The notes under the pieces are model-generated. The model did no database searches and had not been told where the DNA came from. It saw only the letters and a program-made list of their open reading frames with translations. Positions 38,522-46,935 of a DNA stretch of 46,935 bases are shown in pieces. Position 1 is the first letter of the stretch, and each line of letters begins with the position of its first letter. The position numbers and the translations under genes are program-made. The DNA comes from Pseudomonadota bacterium (GTDB taxonomy: Bacteria > Pseudomonadota > Alphaproteobacteria > Rhizobiales > Hyphomicrobiaceae): assembly GCA_963205015.1 (NCBI GenBank), contig CAUJKI010000276.1, positions 1 through 46,935 of the forward strand, written 5' to 3'.

Positions 38522-38579
38522 GTCCGCAAGTTCGCAGACACCGCACTCCAGTGTTGGCGTCTCGAACGAACTTGCGGAC
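38522..38579. repeat. Intergenic inverted repeat (long stem-loop)
   Basis: GTCCGCAAGTTCG (38522-38534) and CGAACTTGCGGAC (38567-38579) form a perfect 13-bp pair, with additional inner pairing. Confidence 0.75.
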
Positions 38580-38587
38580 GGAGCTGA

Positions 38588-39667
38588 CTAGCGCAGAACC
38601 CACTTCTGCCAGACAGCGTTGACCTTCGTGCGGTTGGCGGCCCACCAATCGATGTCGCGACGGAAGCCGGCCTGCGTCCACGGCAGGTTCGTCTTGGGAT
38701 CGAGCAGCTCGGGCGCTGTCGCCGGGTACGATTTCTTGTTGACCGGAATCGCCTTGTAGGCGCGCATCCAGGCCGACTGGATATCGGGGCTGAGGCTGAA
38801 GTCGATAAACTTCAACGCCGCATCTACATTCTTCGAGCCCTTCGGAATGCCGTAGGACTGCACAAGCACCATGTTCTGGTTCCACTGCGCCCCGAGCGGC
38901 GCCCCCTTGTCGATGGCGACGCCCAGCCGCGTGCTCCAAAGCGAAGCGAGCACGACCTCCTTGTCAGCGAGCATCTGCGTGGAGAGTGCCCCGGTATCCC
39001 AGAACTTCGTGATCGCCGGGCGCACGCGCGACATCGAGTTGAAGGCGCGGTCGATGTCCAGCGGATAGATCTTGTCGTTGGTCGGCGCCACGCCATCGGC
39101 AACAAGGGCGAATTCGAGGTTCGGCGATCCGGACGCCATGTCCGGCAGCGTGCGCGGTCCCGGAAACGCCTTGATGTCCCAGAACTCGGCCCAGGACTTC
39201 GGCTCTTTGCCCTTGGCATAGGCGGCTGTGTGATAGCCCATGACCATCGCATAGACGAAGTTCCCGACCTGCTCCTTCCGCTTCACGATCGGATCGAGAT
39301 CTTCGGGATTGGTCATCTTGAACACGGAATAATCCATGGGCATCAGGGCGCCAGCTTGGTCGAGCTGGAGCAGCGTGTCGTCGCCCGTGTCGATGAGATC
39401 GACTTCCATGTTGCCCGACTTGTGCATCGCGAGGAGCTTCGCCACAGTCGCCGGCACCGGCACGATCTCGATCCCGGTCGCCTTGCGGAAAGGATCGTAG
39501 ACGTGCTCCTTCTTGACCTCGTCGAAGCTGCCGCCGGGCGTTCGTACAGGGAGCTGAACATTAGCCCAGGTCGGCCTGGTGATGATGAAGGGCGCGGCGA
39601 TGAGCGAAGTGCCGAGAGCGGTTGTAACCTGTCGACGCGACAGCCGTACTTTCGTATCACCAGACAT
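38588..39667 (-). CDS. PotD/opine-type ABC substrate-binding protein (Tat-like signal)
   Basis: LSRRQV signal, PF.KATGI, P.SWAEFWD..AFPG.R, LE.AL.ADGV, YPLDIDRAF, IPKG.KN. Confidence 0.9.
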   Translation of the reverse strand: MSGDTKVRLSRRQVTTALGTSLIAAPFIITRPTWANVQLPVRTPGGSFDEVKKEHVYDPFRKATGIEIVPVPATVAKLLAMHKSGNMEVDLIDTGDDTLLQLDQAGALMPMDYSVFKMTNPEDLDPIVKRKEQVGNFVYAMVMGYHTAAYAKGKEPKSWAEFWDIKAFPGPRTLPDMASGSPNLEFALVADGVAPTNDKIYPLDIDRAFNSMSRVRPAITKFWDTGALSTQMLADKEVVLASLWSTRLGVAIDKGAPLGAQWNQNMVLVQSYGIPKGSKNVDAALKFIDFSLSPDIQSAWMRAYKAIPVNKKSYPATAPELLDPKTNLPWTQAGFRRDIDWWAANRTKVNAVWQKWVLR

Positions 39668-40016
39668 GGCAGGGCTCCCTTCATTCCAGCTGAGCCAGGA
39701 AGCCTAACTCAAGCAGTTGGACCCAGCAATTCGGACCTGCGCTTATTTATCACGCGGGAGGCCTGAATATTTCGCGGTGCGAAGCATACTTCAGAGACAT
39801 CTCGCGATTGAAATCGGCTCCAGCACCAGCACATCTGATCTATGAAGCTGCAATGTTCTCCGGAGGCCCCCGACCTGCTCCTTTGAAATAGAGACAAGCG
39901 ACCGAGCGGACCCGGCTATCTCCAGCCCTCGACGCGAAGCCCCTCGCCGGCGTGAAGCGGGATGACAATCTCGCCGACCTCAAGAGCGGCCCCGCGCTCT
40001 TCAACGGTGCTTCGTG

Positions 40017-41420
40017 CTAGCTCGGCATTGCAGCCGCGAATAGATCCGCAGCGGTACGCTGGTCGAAGCTCATTGCGGTATTGAACAGAGTTGCCTCTCC
40101 TGCCTCGCCCAAGCACGGCCGCACAAGCGAGGAGAACTTGCGCCGGAGTTCGGCAGGCGTCACGAAGTTGTCCGGATCGCCCTTCGGGACACGTTGAAAA
40201 GACTCGTGCACCGTTCCGTCCTTCAGGACAACCTTCAGTGATCCCGAAAGCAGGCCAGGATAGTTCTCCTCGACGCGCAGGTCGTGGAACACGTCGACCT
40301 GTCGCGTGAGCGCCAGCGTCTCTTTGTCGGCAAGCTGCGGCGCATAATCGTCCCAGGCAAGCTGCCCCTGCCGAAGCATGACCGCCACAGTGAAGTGGGT
40401 GGAAAACTGCCCGTCCACCACGCCCTTCGGCTCACGCTTCGCCTCCTGCGGATGGCCCGTCAGCACGAGCCCCGTGTTGCTGAGACCAACGGTTACCTGC
40501 GCGATGTCCTTGCTGCGATCGCCATACTGCTCGTAGAAAGCGCCCGCGAGATCCGCCGGAGCGTGGGACAGGCGGCATGCCGGATACGGTTTGATACCCG
40601 TCGTTGCGATCTCCCAGACCTCGCGCAATCCTGCGACCGCCTTCTCCGGCTGCGCATTCGGCACGTATGCGTGGAAGAGCCCGAACCGGCCTTCCAGCGC
40701 ATCCACCGCGCCGGTGAAGCCGTGCTTCGCAAAGGTTGCCGCGACGAGGCCATTGCGGCCTGCGTTGCCGGCCTGGAAGCGCTTGGTCCAGGCGCCATTA
40801 CGCAGATATTGCATGGAGCCCGCGGCTTCCGACAGAGCGATGCCGAAGGCATGCATCATCTGCTCGACAGAGAGGCCGAGCACGCTGCCTGCCGCCGCCG
40901 TGGCTCCGAAGCAGCCGGCAACTGCCGTCGGATGAAAGCCGCGCTCGTACATGTCAGCCGGCTGAAGCGCCTGGCTGATCTTGCAGGTGACATCATAGCC
41001 AACGACGATGGCGGTGAGAATCTGCTGCCCGCTCGCACCCGTCATTTCGGCTGCGGCAAGGGCCGCCGGAATAACTGATGGGCTCGGCGCCAGCGAGGCC
41101 GGCGTATTCATCGGATCGAAGTCCATGGAATGGCCAAGCGTGCCGTTGACGAGCGCTGCCACTGGCGGGGCATACTGCGTCCTGTTGGAAAAGACGCTCG
41201 CTCCAGCGCCCCCCGTGCCGGCGCTGCCCAGAGCCTTGGCGGCGGCAAGCATCGATGGCGTCGATTCCGCATCGTGCGCCGCTCGCACGGCGATGCCGAC
41301 AAAATCGGCGAGGAAATGCTTGGCGCGCTCGATGACCGCTGGCGGCACGTCCGAGAACTTCAGCGTGGCCGCGTGCTCCGCCAGCCGCCGGGTGATGTTC
41401 TCGCCAATGTTCTCAGACAT
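40017..41420 (-). CDS. MmgE/PrpD family protein
   Basis: AALVNGT.GH.MDFD, RGFHPT, KRFQAG.A.RNG..AA..A..GFTG, LEG.FG, KPYPACR..H, PKGDP.N. Confidence 0.92.
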   Translation of the reverse strand: MSENIGENITRRLAEHAATLKFSDVPPAVIERAKHFLADFVGIAVRAAHDAESTPSMLAAAKALGSAGTGGAGASVFSNRTQYAPPVAALVNGTLGHSMDFDPMNTPASLAPSPSVIPAALAAAEMTGASGQQILTAIVVGYDVTCKISQALQPADMYERGFHPTAVAGCFGATAAAGSVLGLSVEQMMHAFGIALSEAAGSMQYLRNGAWTKRFQAGNAGRNGLVAATFAKHGFTGAVDALEGRFGLFHAYVPNAQPEKAVAGLREVWEIATTGIKPYPACRLSHAPADLAGAFYEQYGDRSKDIAQVTVGLSNTGLVLTGHPQEAKREPKGVVDGQFSTHFTVAVMLRQGQLAWDDYAPQLADKETLALTRQVDVFHDLRVEENYPGLLSGSLKVVLKDGTVHESFQRVPKGDPDNFVTPAELRRKFSSLVRPCLGEAGEATLFNTAMSFDQRTAADLFAAAMPS

Positions 41421-41521
41421 TTTTGTTCTCCGTCTTCCGGGCTTTCCGCCCTGCGTATGACTGTTCGTCGAACTCGTCCTCGACGCTCGCGCGAGCGCTC
41501 GCCTCTCGAACGATCAGGACC

Positions 41522-43177
41522 CTAGCTGTGGACGGTGCGCTGCGGCCAGATGAGCTGGACGGTTTGCAGAACCACCACACCTATGACGAGCTGCAGCAGG
41601 GAAAGACTCGCGACCTGCGAGAAATTCCCGACATTCCAAACCTCAAAGGATAGTACGGAGAACGTCCGCGTCTCTGCCGTGTAGAGCAGAATCACCATGG
41701 ACAACTCTGTGATGAAGATGCTGAAGAGCAGCATCCAGCTCGCGACGATACTCGGCCGGATAAGCGGCAGCGTGATACGGGTAAAGGTGCGCAGCCAGCC
41801 GTAGCCGGCGATGCGCGCGCTCTCCTCGAGCTCCGGGTGCACCTGTACGATGCTCGCCGAGATGCTCCTCACCGCGTACCCCGAGAACCGGCCGATAAAG
41901 GCGAGGACAATGATCCATATCGTACCGTAGACCGCAATCGGCATGCGCAGCCAGAATAGCGCCACCCCGACGCCGAACGCGATCCCCGGCACCGAGACCG
42001 GGAGCACGGCGAGGTACTCCAGCACCTGCCGATGCGGGATCGTGGTCCGCTGCGTCGTCCACGAGATGATGATGCCGATGATCGTCGCCAGGGTTGCGGC
42101 GACGAGCGCGATCACGAGGCTGTTCCTCAGCGTCGCCCGGACGTCCTCGGAGGTCCACAGGTACTCGAAGTTCTCCGTGGTGAAGCGGCCGGACCACGTG
42201 AAGGTGGAGAAGGCGGCCGCGATCAGCACCAGGATCGGCGCGATGATCGTAAAGAAGCAATAGAGCCAGACGAATCCGGCCGCGAGGTATCGCGTCCTGC
42301 CGAGGTGGATCTCGCGCGTGCGAAAGCCCTTGCCCGAGACGGTGATGAACGAGCGGCCCTTGAGCAGCCAGCGCTGCAGCATGGTCGCCAGCAGCGAGAG
42401 GATGATGAGGTAGACCGACAGCACAGCCATCACGCCGAACGCGGGCGGCACTTCCTGCGACGCGAGATAGATGCGCGAGGTAATGAAGTAGAGCTGGCGC
42501 GCCCAACCGATAACGACCGGCGTCCCGAAGAGACCGATGGTGATGACGAAAGCCAACACCGCGCCCGAAAGGATCGCCGGCGCAACCAGCGGCAACGTCA
42601 CGGTGACCGCCGTGCGCGTACGACTGAGGCCCGACACCTGCGCTGCCTCTTCGAGGCTGGGGTCCATGCTGCGTAAGGCCGCCGCCACGATCATCATCAC
42701 GTAGGGCGCGAGGTAAATGCCGATGACCCACGCGATCCCGGTGAGCGTATAGACGCTCAGCGGCTCGGCATTGAACAAGGCACGAAACGGCAGGTTGAAG
42801 ACACCGATCCTCGGAGCCGCCAGCAGGATCCAGGCGACGGCCCCGACGAAGGGCGGAATGAAGATCGGGATCGTCGCCAGCTTCTCCAGGAACCCCTTTC
42901 CCGGCACGTTGGTCCGGGCAAAGAGCCAGGCCATCGGTACGCCGGCTGCGCAGGCCACTGCCGTCGCGCCGAGCCCGATCGCCAAGGTGTTGAGCAGCGC
43001 GATCCAGTAGGGCCAGCGCCCTAGAACGAGCTGGAGATGGGTGGGCGAGAAGCTCCAGGACCCGCCCTCGTACTGGACGAAGCCCTGGATGATCACGATC
43101 GCCAGCGGGACGACGACAATGAAGAACAGGGCCGCCGCCGCGACAGCGAAGATCCCATAGCGCCGGACGTGCTTCAT
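41522..43177 (-). CDS. Fe(III)/thiamine-type ABC permease (FbpB-like, duplicated domain)
   Basis: RTNVPG, PPFVGA.AW, DPSLEEAA, FGTP, PELEESARIAG. Confidence 0.9.
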   Translation of the reverse strand: MKHVRRYGIFAVAAAALFFIVVVPLAIVIIQGFVQYEGGSWSFSPTHLQLVLGRWPYWIALLNTLAIGLGATAVACAAGVPMAWLFARTNVPGKGFLEKLATIPIFIPPFVGAVAWILLAAPRIGVFNLPFRALFNAEPLSVYTLTGIAWVIGIYLAPYVMMIVAAALRSMDPSLEEAAQVSGLSRTRTAVTVTLPLVAPAILSGAVLAFVITIGLFGTPVVIGWARQLYFITSRIYLASQEVPPAFGVMAVLSVYLIILSLLATMLQRWLLKGRSFITVSGKGFRTREIHLGRTRYLAAGFVWLYCFFTIIAPILVLIAAAFSTFTWSGRFTTENFEYLWTSEDVRATLRNSLVIALVAATLATIIGIIISWTTQRTTIPHRQVLEYLAVLPVSVPGIAFGVGVALFWLRMPIAVYGTIWIIVLAFIGRFSGYAVRSISASIVQVHPELEESARIAGYGWLRTFTRITLPLIRPSIVASWMLLFSIFITELSMVILLYTAETRTFSVLSFEVWNVGNFSQVASLSLLQLVIGVVVLQTVQLIWPQRTVHS

Positions 43178-43220
43178 CTCGTCTTCCGCACTGCCGCTGC
43201 TGCCCGGACCGTCACGATGC

Positions 43221-44267
43221 TCACTGGATACCTGTGACGCCCTGCCACCACGAAATGATTGCCTTCTGCTCCTCCATCGCCTTCTTGAGGTCGAACGGGA
43301 TGAGCTTCACCTGATCGAGCGGCGGCAGGCCTTGTGGCGACGGCGCACCCTTGCGGAGAGCATACTCGCCACGCGAGATGATGACGTCCTGCCCCTCGCT
43401 CAGGAGGAACTCGATATAGAGGCGCGCGGCATTAGGATGACGAGCATTCTTGAGCACCCCGCCTGCGAAGTAGAACGGCACGGCACCGGACTTCGGGATC
43501 TTGAAATCGAGCGGTGCGCCCTTGCGGATGGCATCGCCGACGTGGTTCGTCAGGATGTACATCATCAGCGGACGCTCACCGGACACGAGCTTGGCGACGC
43601 TACCCGGCGTATTCATCGACACTTCGGGTTTGGTGCGCGTAAGGCCCTCATAGATCTGGCGCGCTTTCTCCTCGCCGTAGTTCTGGCGCATCGCCGCGAC
43701 TACCATGAAGGCGACCGATGAGCCGCGCGGATCAACATAGGCGATGCGGTCCTGCCACTCCTTCGCGGGGCTGGCGAAACTCGTCCAATCGTCGGGAACA
43801 GGCATTCCCTTCATCTGGCCGGTGTGGGAGACCAGCGCCGCATATCCGAGCTTCGTACGCACGAAATTGCCGACCTTGATGCCCTCGGGGAAATCCTTGA
43901 GCGCCTGCGGCGTGAGGTCGGCCAGGTGTCCGCCGGCGTCCAGCGCGAGCAGCGTGTCCTCGACGTTGGTAAAGACGTCGGCCACAGGCTTACCGGCGTT
44001 ATGCTCGGACATGTAGCGGTTGTACACTTGCCAACCGCCGGCAGTGACCGACGTCGCCTTGATCTTCGGATAGACCTCCATGAAGCGCTTCACCTGATGA
44101 GGTGTCTCGCTGATGTCGCCGCCATAGACCACGAGCTGGCCTTCCTTCTCGGCCGCGGCGACGAGCGCTGGATCTGCGGCCTGAGCGGACAGGGCGCCGA
44201 GCGCGATTGCGGAACAGGTCAATCCGGCCAGAAGGAGCCGAATGCGGGCCTGCAGGGATGATCTCAT
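43221..44267 (-). CDS. Fe(III)-type ABC substrate-binding protein
   Basis: Signal peptide, AA.KEG.LVVY, F...YP.I, ADV, DPR, ARHPNAARLYIEFLLS.GQ; GGAGG RBS before ATG 44267. Confidence 0.88.
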   Translation of the reverse strand: MRSSLQARIRLLLAGLTCSAIALGALSAQAADPALVAAAEKEGQLVVYGGDISETPHQVKRFMEVYPKIKATSVTAGGWQVYNRYMSEHNAGKPVADVFTNVEDTLLALDAGGHLADLTPQALKDFPEGIKVGNFVRTKLGYAALVSHTGQMKGMPVPDDWTSFASPAKEWQDRIAYVDPRGSSVAFMVVAAMRQNYGEEKARQIYEGLTRTKPEVSMNTPGSVAKLVSGERPLMMYILTNHVGDAIRKGAPLDFKIPKSGAVPFYFAGGVLKNARHPNAARLYIEFLLSEGQDVIISRGEYALRKGAPSPQGLPPLDQVKLIPFDLKKAMEEQKAIISWWQGVTGIQ

Positions 44268-44653
44268 TGGTTTCCTCCACGAAATCGGGCTGTCCGAAAT
44301 GGCCGCTGAACCGCCAGCCTTAAGATCGCTGCCCGTTGGTCGCCGCATGCGCGGCGGCAGCCGAATCTAATCGGTGCAAGAGGAAATGCGCCAATGACAA
44401 ATTTTGAACCCTGCCGCAAATGAGTTCATCTGCCCAGCTGTGTCCACCTCCTCCGGACCCGTCCAATTTTCTTGGAGTGTCGTTGAAGAAAGATCGATTG
44501 CGCAATGGACGCTCTCAATCCATGCTGCTCCAAAACAAGCATTGCGAGGAAACGATGGGCGTGGGCAAGGGATCAGCGTGGATGGCTTCGCCGCGAGGCG
44601 ATGCCAGCGCGTCTGTCCTGCAAAACCGATGCCCTCATGCCTCAGCCGGCCCG

Positions 44654-45595
44654 TCAGGCCGATCTCTGATGCTGGGCGATATCCCGACTGCTCGTCAGCA
44701 GCTCGGTCTTGAGCCACTCTCGAAGCGCCCGATGGCTCGGATGGTCCGCCGTCGCCTTCGGAAAGATGAGATGGTGCTCGCACCTGAGCCCGACGTCGAT
44801 TCCGAATGGCCTGACCAGCCTGCCGCTCCGCAAGTCGTCCGAGACGACGATGCCCTTGCCGAGCGCGACGCCGTTTCCGGCAACGGCAGCGTCGATCGCC
44901 ATCGTTCCTGGATAGAAGGTGAGGCTTCGGCTTGGGACAAGATCTTCGACGCCAGCGAGAGACAGCCACGTGCTCCAGTCCACGTACACATGGTCCTTGA
45001 GAAGGCAAGGATAGTGCAGCAGCGTGTGCTGTGCGAGGTCGGCCGGCTCGCGCAAGGCGCTGGCGCCCGCGCACAACACCGGATTGCAGACCGGAAAGAC
45101 CTCATCCTCGGCAACGAGCTCCGAGGCGAAGCCCGGATGCGGGATCGGCCCATAGCGGAGCGCGAGATCGAAACCGATATGCGAGATGTCATGCATGGCG
45201 TTGGCTGCCACGACATCGACGATGATGTCGTTGCGCGCGCGAGAGAATTGCAGGATGCGCGATGCCAGCCACTTGCTGCCGAGCGTCGGCGGCACGGCGA
45301 TCACCATGCGCGTCGCACCGGCACGGGCGGACACACGTTCGGTGGCGCGGGCAAGGAGACGAAAGCTCTCGCGCACATCCGGAAGGAAGTCCGTACCTGC
45401 AACGGTCAGGGACAGTGCATTGTTGGCGCGAATGAACAGCTTCACGCTCAGCGCGTCCTCGAGCGTCTTGATCTGGTGACTGATTGCGCCGGTGGTGACA
45501 TGCAGCTCTTCGGCAGCCCTGGTGAAGCTCAGGTGGCGCGCCGCAGCCTCGAAGGCCCTCACCGCCTTAAGCGGAATGTTGCGATCCATTTCCAT
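44654..45595 (-). CDS. GcvA-like LysR family regulator
   Basis: PLKAVRAFEAAARHLSFTRAAEELHVT.GAISHQIK.LE, DLALRYG, AAVAG.GVAL, G.LVRPF. Confidence 0.93.
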   Translation of the reverse strand: MEMDRNIPLKAVRAFEAAARHLSFTRAAEELHVTTGAISHQIKTLEDALSVKLFIRANNALSLTVAGTDFLPDVRESFRLLARATERVSARAGATRMVIAVPPTLGSKWLASRILQFSRARNDIIVDVVAANAMHDISHIGFDLALRYGPIPHPGFASELVAEDEVFPVCNPVLCAGASALREPADLAQHTLLHYPCLLKDHVYVDWSTWLSLAGVEDLVPSRSLTFYPGTMAIDAAVAGNGVALGKGIVVSDDLRSGRLVRPFGIDVGLRCEHHLIFPKATADHPSHRALREWLKTELLTSSRDIAQHQRSA

Positions 45596-45704
45596 CCCTA
45601 TCCGCCTGCGGACCTGCTGGTGGCGTTGACGCCACGACGCGCGTTTGCGCTTCCGGCCCGCCAACTGGAGGTCTCTTTGGCACCATTCTATCTCCGATCC
45701 GGCC

Positions 45705-46823
45705 ATGCTCGCCACTGATACATTCGCGGCCCAGCGTACGGATGCAACAGCCGCAAGCGTGACCATCGAAGGCTTGGTCAAGTCCTTCGGTGGCGTCGTG
45801 GTCATTCCCGATCTCTCGGTGTCGTTTCAGGCCGGGGCGATCTCGGTGCTTCTTGGCTCGAGCGGCTGTGGCAAGACGACGATCCTCCGCTGCATCGCCG
45901 GCCTCGAGGAGCCGTCCGGCGGCGACATCGTGATCCATGACCGGACGGTCTTCTCCGCGCGGCAGCGGATCAACATTCCGCCCGAGCGCCGTGATCTCGG
46001 GATGGTGTTCCAGTCCTATGCGATCTGGCCGCACATGACCGTACACGAGAACGTGGCCCTGCCGCTGCGGGCGCATGGCGTGTCCAATGCCGAAACGCAG
46101 GCGCGGGTACGGGATCTGCTGAAGCTCGTCGGTCTGGACGGGCTTGGCGATCGCAACGCCACGCAACTGTCGGGCGGTCAACAGCAGCGCGTCGCGATCG
46201 CCCGCTGTCTCGCCAATCAGCCGAAGCTCATCCTGCTCGATGAGCCACTGAGCAACCTCGACGCCAAGCTGCGCGTGGCCATGCGCTCCGAGCTCAGGGA
46301 GTTGCAGCGACGGCTCAATGCGACGATGATCTTCGTAACCCACGATCAGGAAGAGGCGATGTCGCTCGCCGACGAGATCTTCCTGTTCCGCAGCGGCCAT
46401 CTGGAGCAGCGCGGACCGGGAGCCGAGCTTTACCGGCGTCCGAAGTCACGCTATGTCGCCGAGTTCTTCGGCAAGGCGAACCTCGTCGATGCGGCGCTTC
46501 ACGCGGTCGGCGGGCAGCATGAGCTGCGCGCGTCTGCCACGGGCGACACGATCGCAAAGGGCACATTCAATCAAACGGCGGATACTGGCCGCGATTTGCT
46601 TTGCATGGTCCGGCCCGAAACGTGGCGCATCCATCCGCCGGGGAGTGGTGGCCTGCAGGGGCGGGTCGTCGAGGTCACTCTACTCGGAGACCGGCTCGAG
46701 TTGCAGGTCGATACACCGATCGGGCGCCAGTACGTCCTGACGCTCGGCTACGCGCAAGTCGCAGCCGGCGACAGCGTGTCCCTGTCGGTGATTTCAGAGC
46801 ACGTGCACTTCTTGCTCGAGTGA
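45705..46823 (+). CDS. FbpC/PotA-like ABC ATPase
   Basis: [60 protein letters not shown]. Confidence 0.93.
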   Translation: MLATDTFAAQRTDATAASVTIEGLVKSFGGVVVIPDLSVSFQAGAISVLLGSSGCGKTTILRCIAGLEEPSGGDIVIHDRTVFSARQRINIPPERRDLGMVFQSYAIWPHMTVHENVALPLRAHGVSNAETQARVRDLLKLVGLDGLGDRNATQLSGGQQQRVAIARCLANQPKLILLDEPLSNLDAKLRVAMRSELRELQRRLNATMIFVTHDQEEAMSLADEIFLFRSGHLEQRGPGAELYRRPKSRYVAEFFGKANLVDAALHAVGGQHELRASATGDTIAKGTFNQTADTGRDLLCMVRPETWRIHPPGSGGLQGRVVEVTLLGDRLELQVDTPIGRQYVLTLGYAQVAAGDSVSLSVISEHVHFLLE

Positions 46824-46935
46824 CGGCGGCTACATTGATGAGCCACCGCAACAATCAGCCGAATGTGATCCGGCTCATGTTGGGCAACTAGAATTCAATA
46901 CCCAGCCAACCCTTGACTTGCTCGTGAAGATCACC

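Noticed and set aside
39826-39846. TTCATAG half-site upstream of the Pot-type operon, resembling the GOX LysR box
   Set aside because: Lacks the symmetric ATGA half and the downstream TATTTGAC, so it is insufficient to claim shared regulation.
40017-41420. Calling this gene prpD (methylcitrate cycle)
   Set aside because: No prpB/prpC nearby and the motifs fit the broader MmgE/PrpD family only.
44420-45718. 432-aa plus-strand ORF
   Set aside because: Antisense to the well-supported GcvA-like LysR; no recognisable domain.

Overview
GC-rich alphaproteobacterial chromosome segment (Hyphomicrobiales-like, inferred from protein style), made of adjacent accessory uptake and catabolic modules. In order: (1) an iron-uptake operon (Fiu/PiuA-like TonB-dependent receptor, Sel1, PepSY-TM, DUF2271, DUF4198); (2) an orphan HTH/GIY-YIG-like gene; (3) a LysR-divergent operon of acyl-CoA ligase, thiolase + DUF35, Liv-type ABC transporter and panB; (4) a glyphosate-oxidoreductase (GOX)-like FAD enzyme and a deacetylase-TctCBA operon that flank one LysR and share a duplicated 46-bp promoter/operator; (5) an enoyl-CoA hydratase; (6) a cobamide salvage cluster (cobalamin riboswitch-btuB-tonB-cobT-cobC-cobS-membrane protein, convergent with cobU and a DUF1289 fusion); (7) an ankyrin/bleomycin-resistance-fold fusion gene behind a sigma70 promoter and a pseudoknotted, RBS-sequestering leader RNA; (8) a Pot-type ABC operon with RidA and a second GOX/DadA-like enzyme; (9) an MmgE/PrpD gene with an Fe(III)-type ABC transporter split by a GcvA-like LysR. 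No rRNA, tRNA, CRISPR array or transposase was seen. The best candidates for novelty are the leader RNA with its fusion protein (32451-33870) and the GOX-like regulon (16646-23159). All family assignments come from motif recognition by eye, not from database searches.
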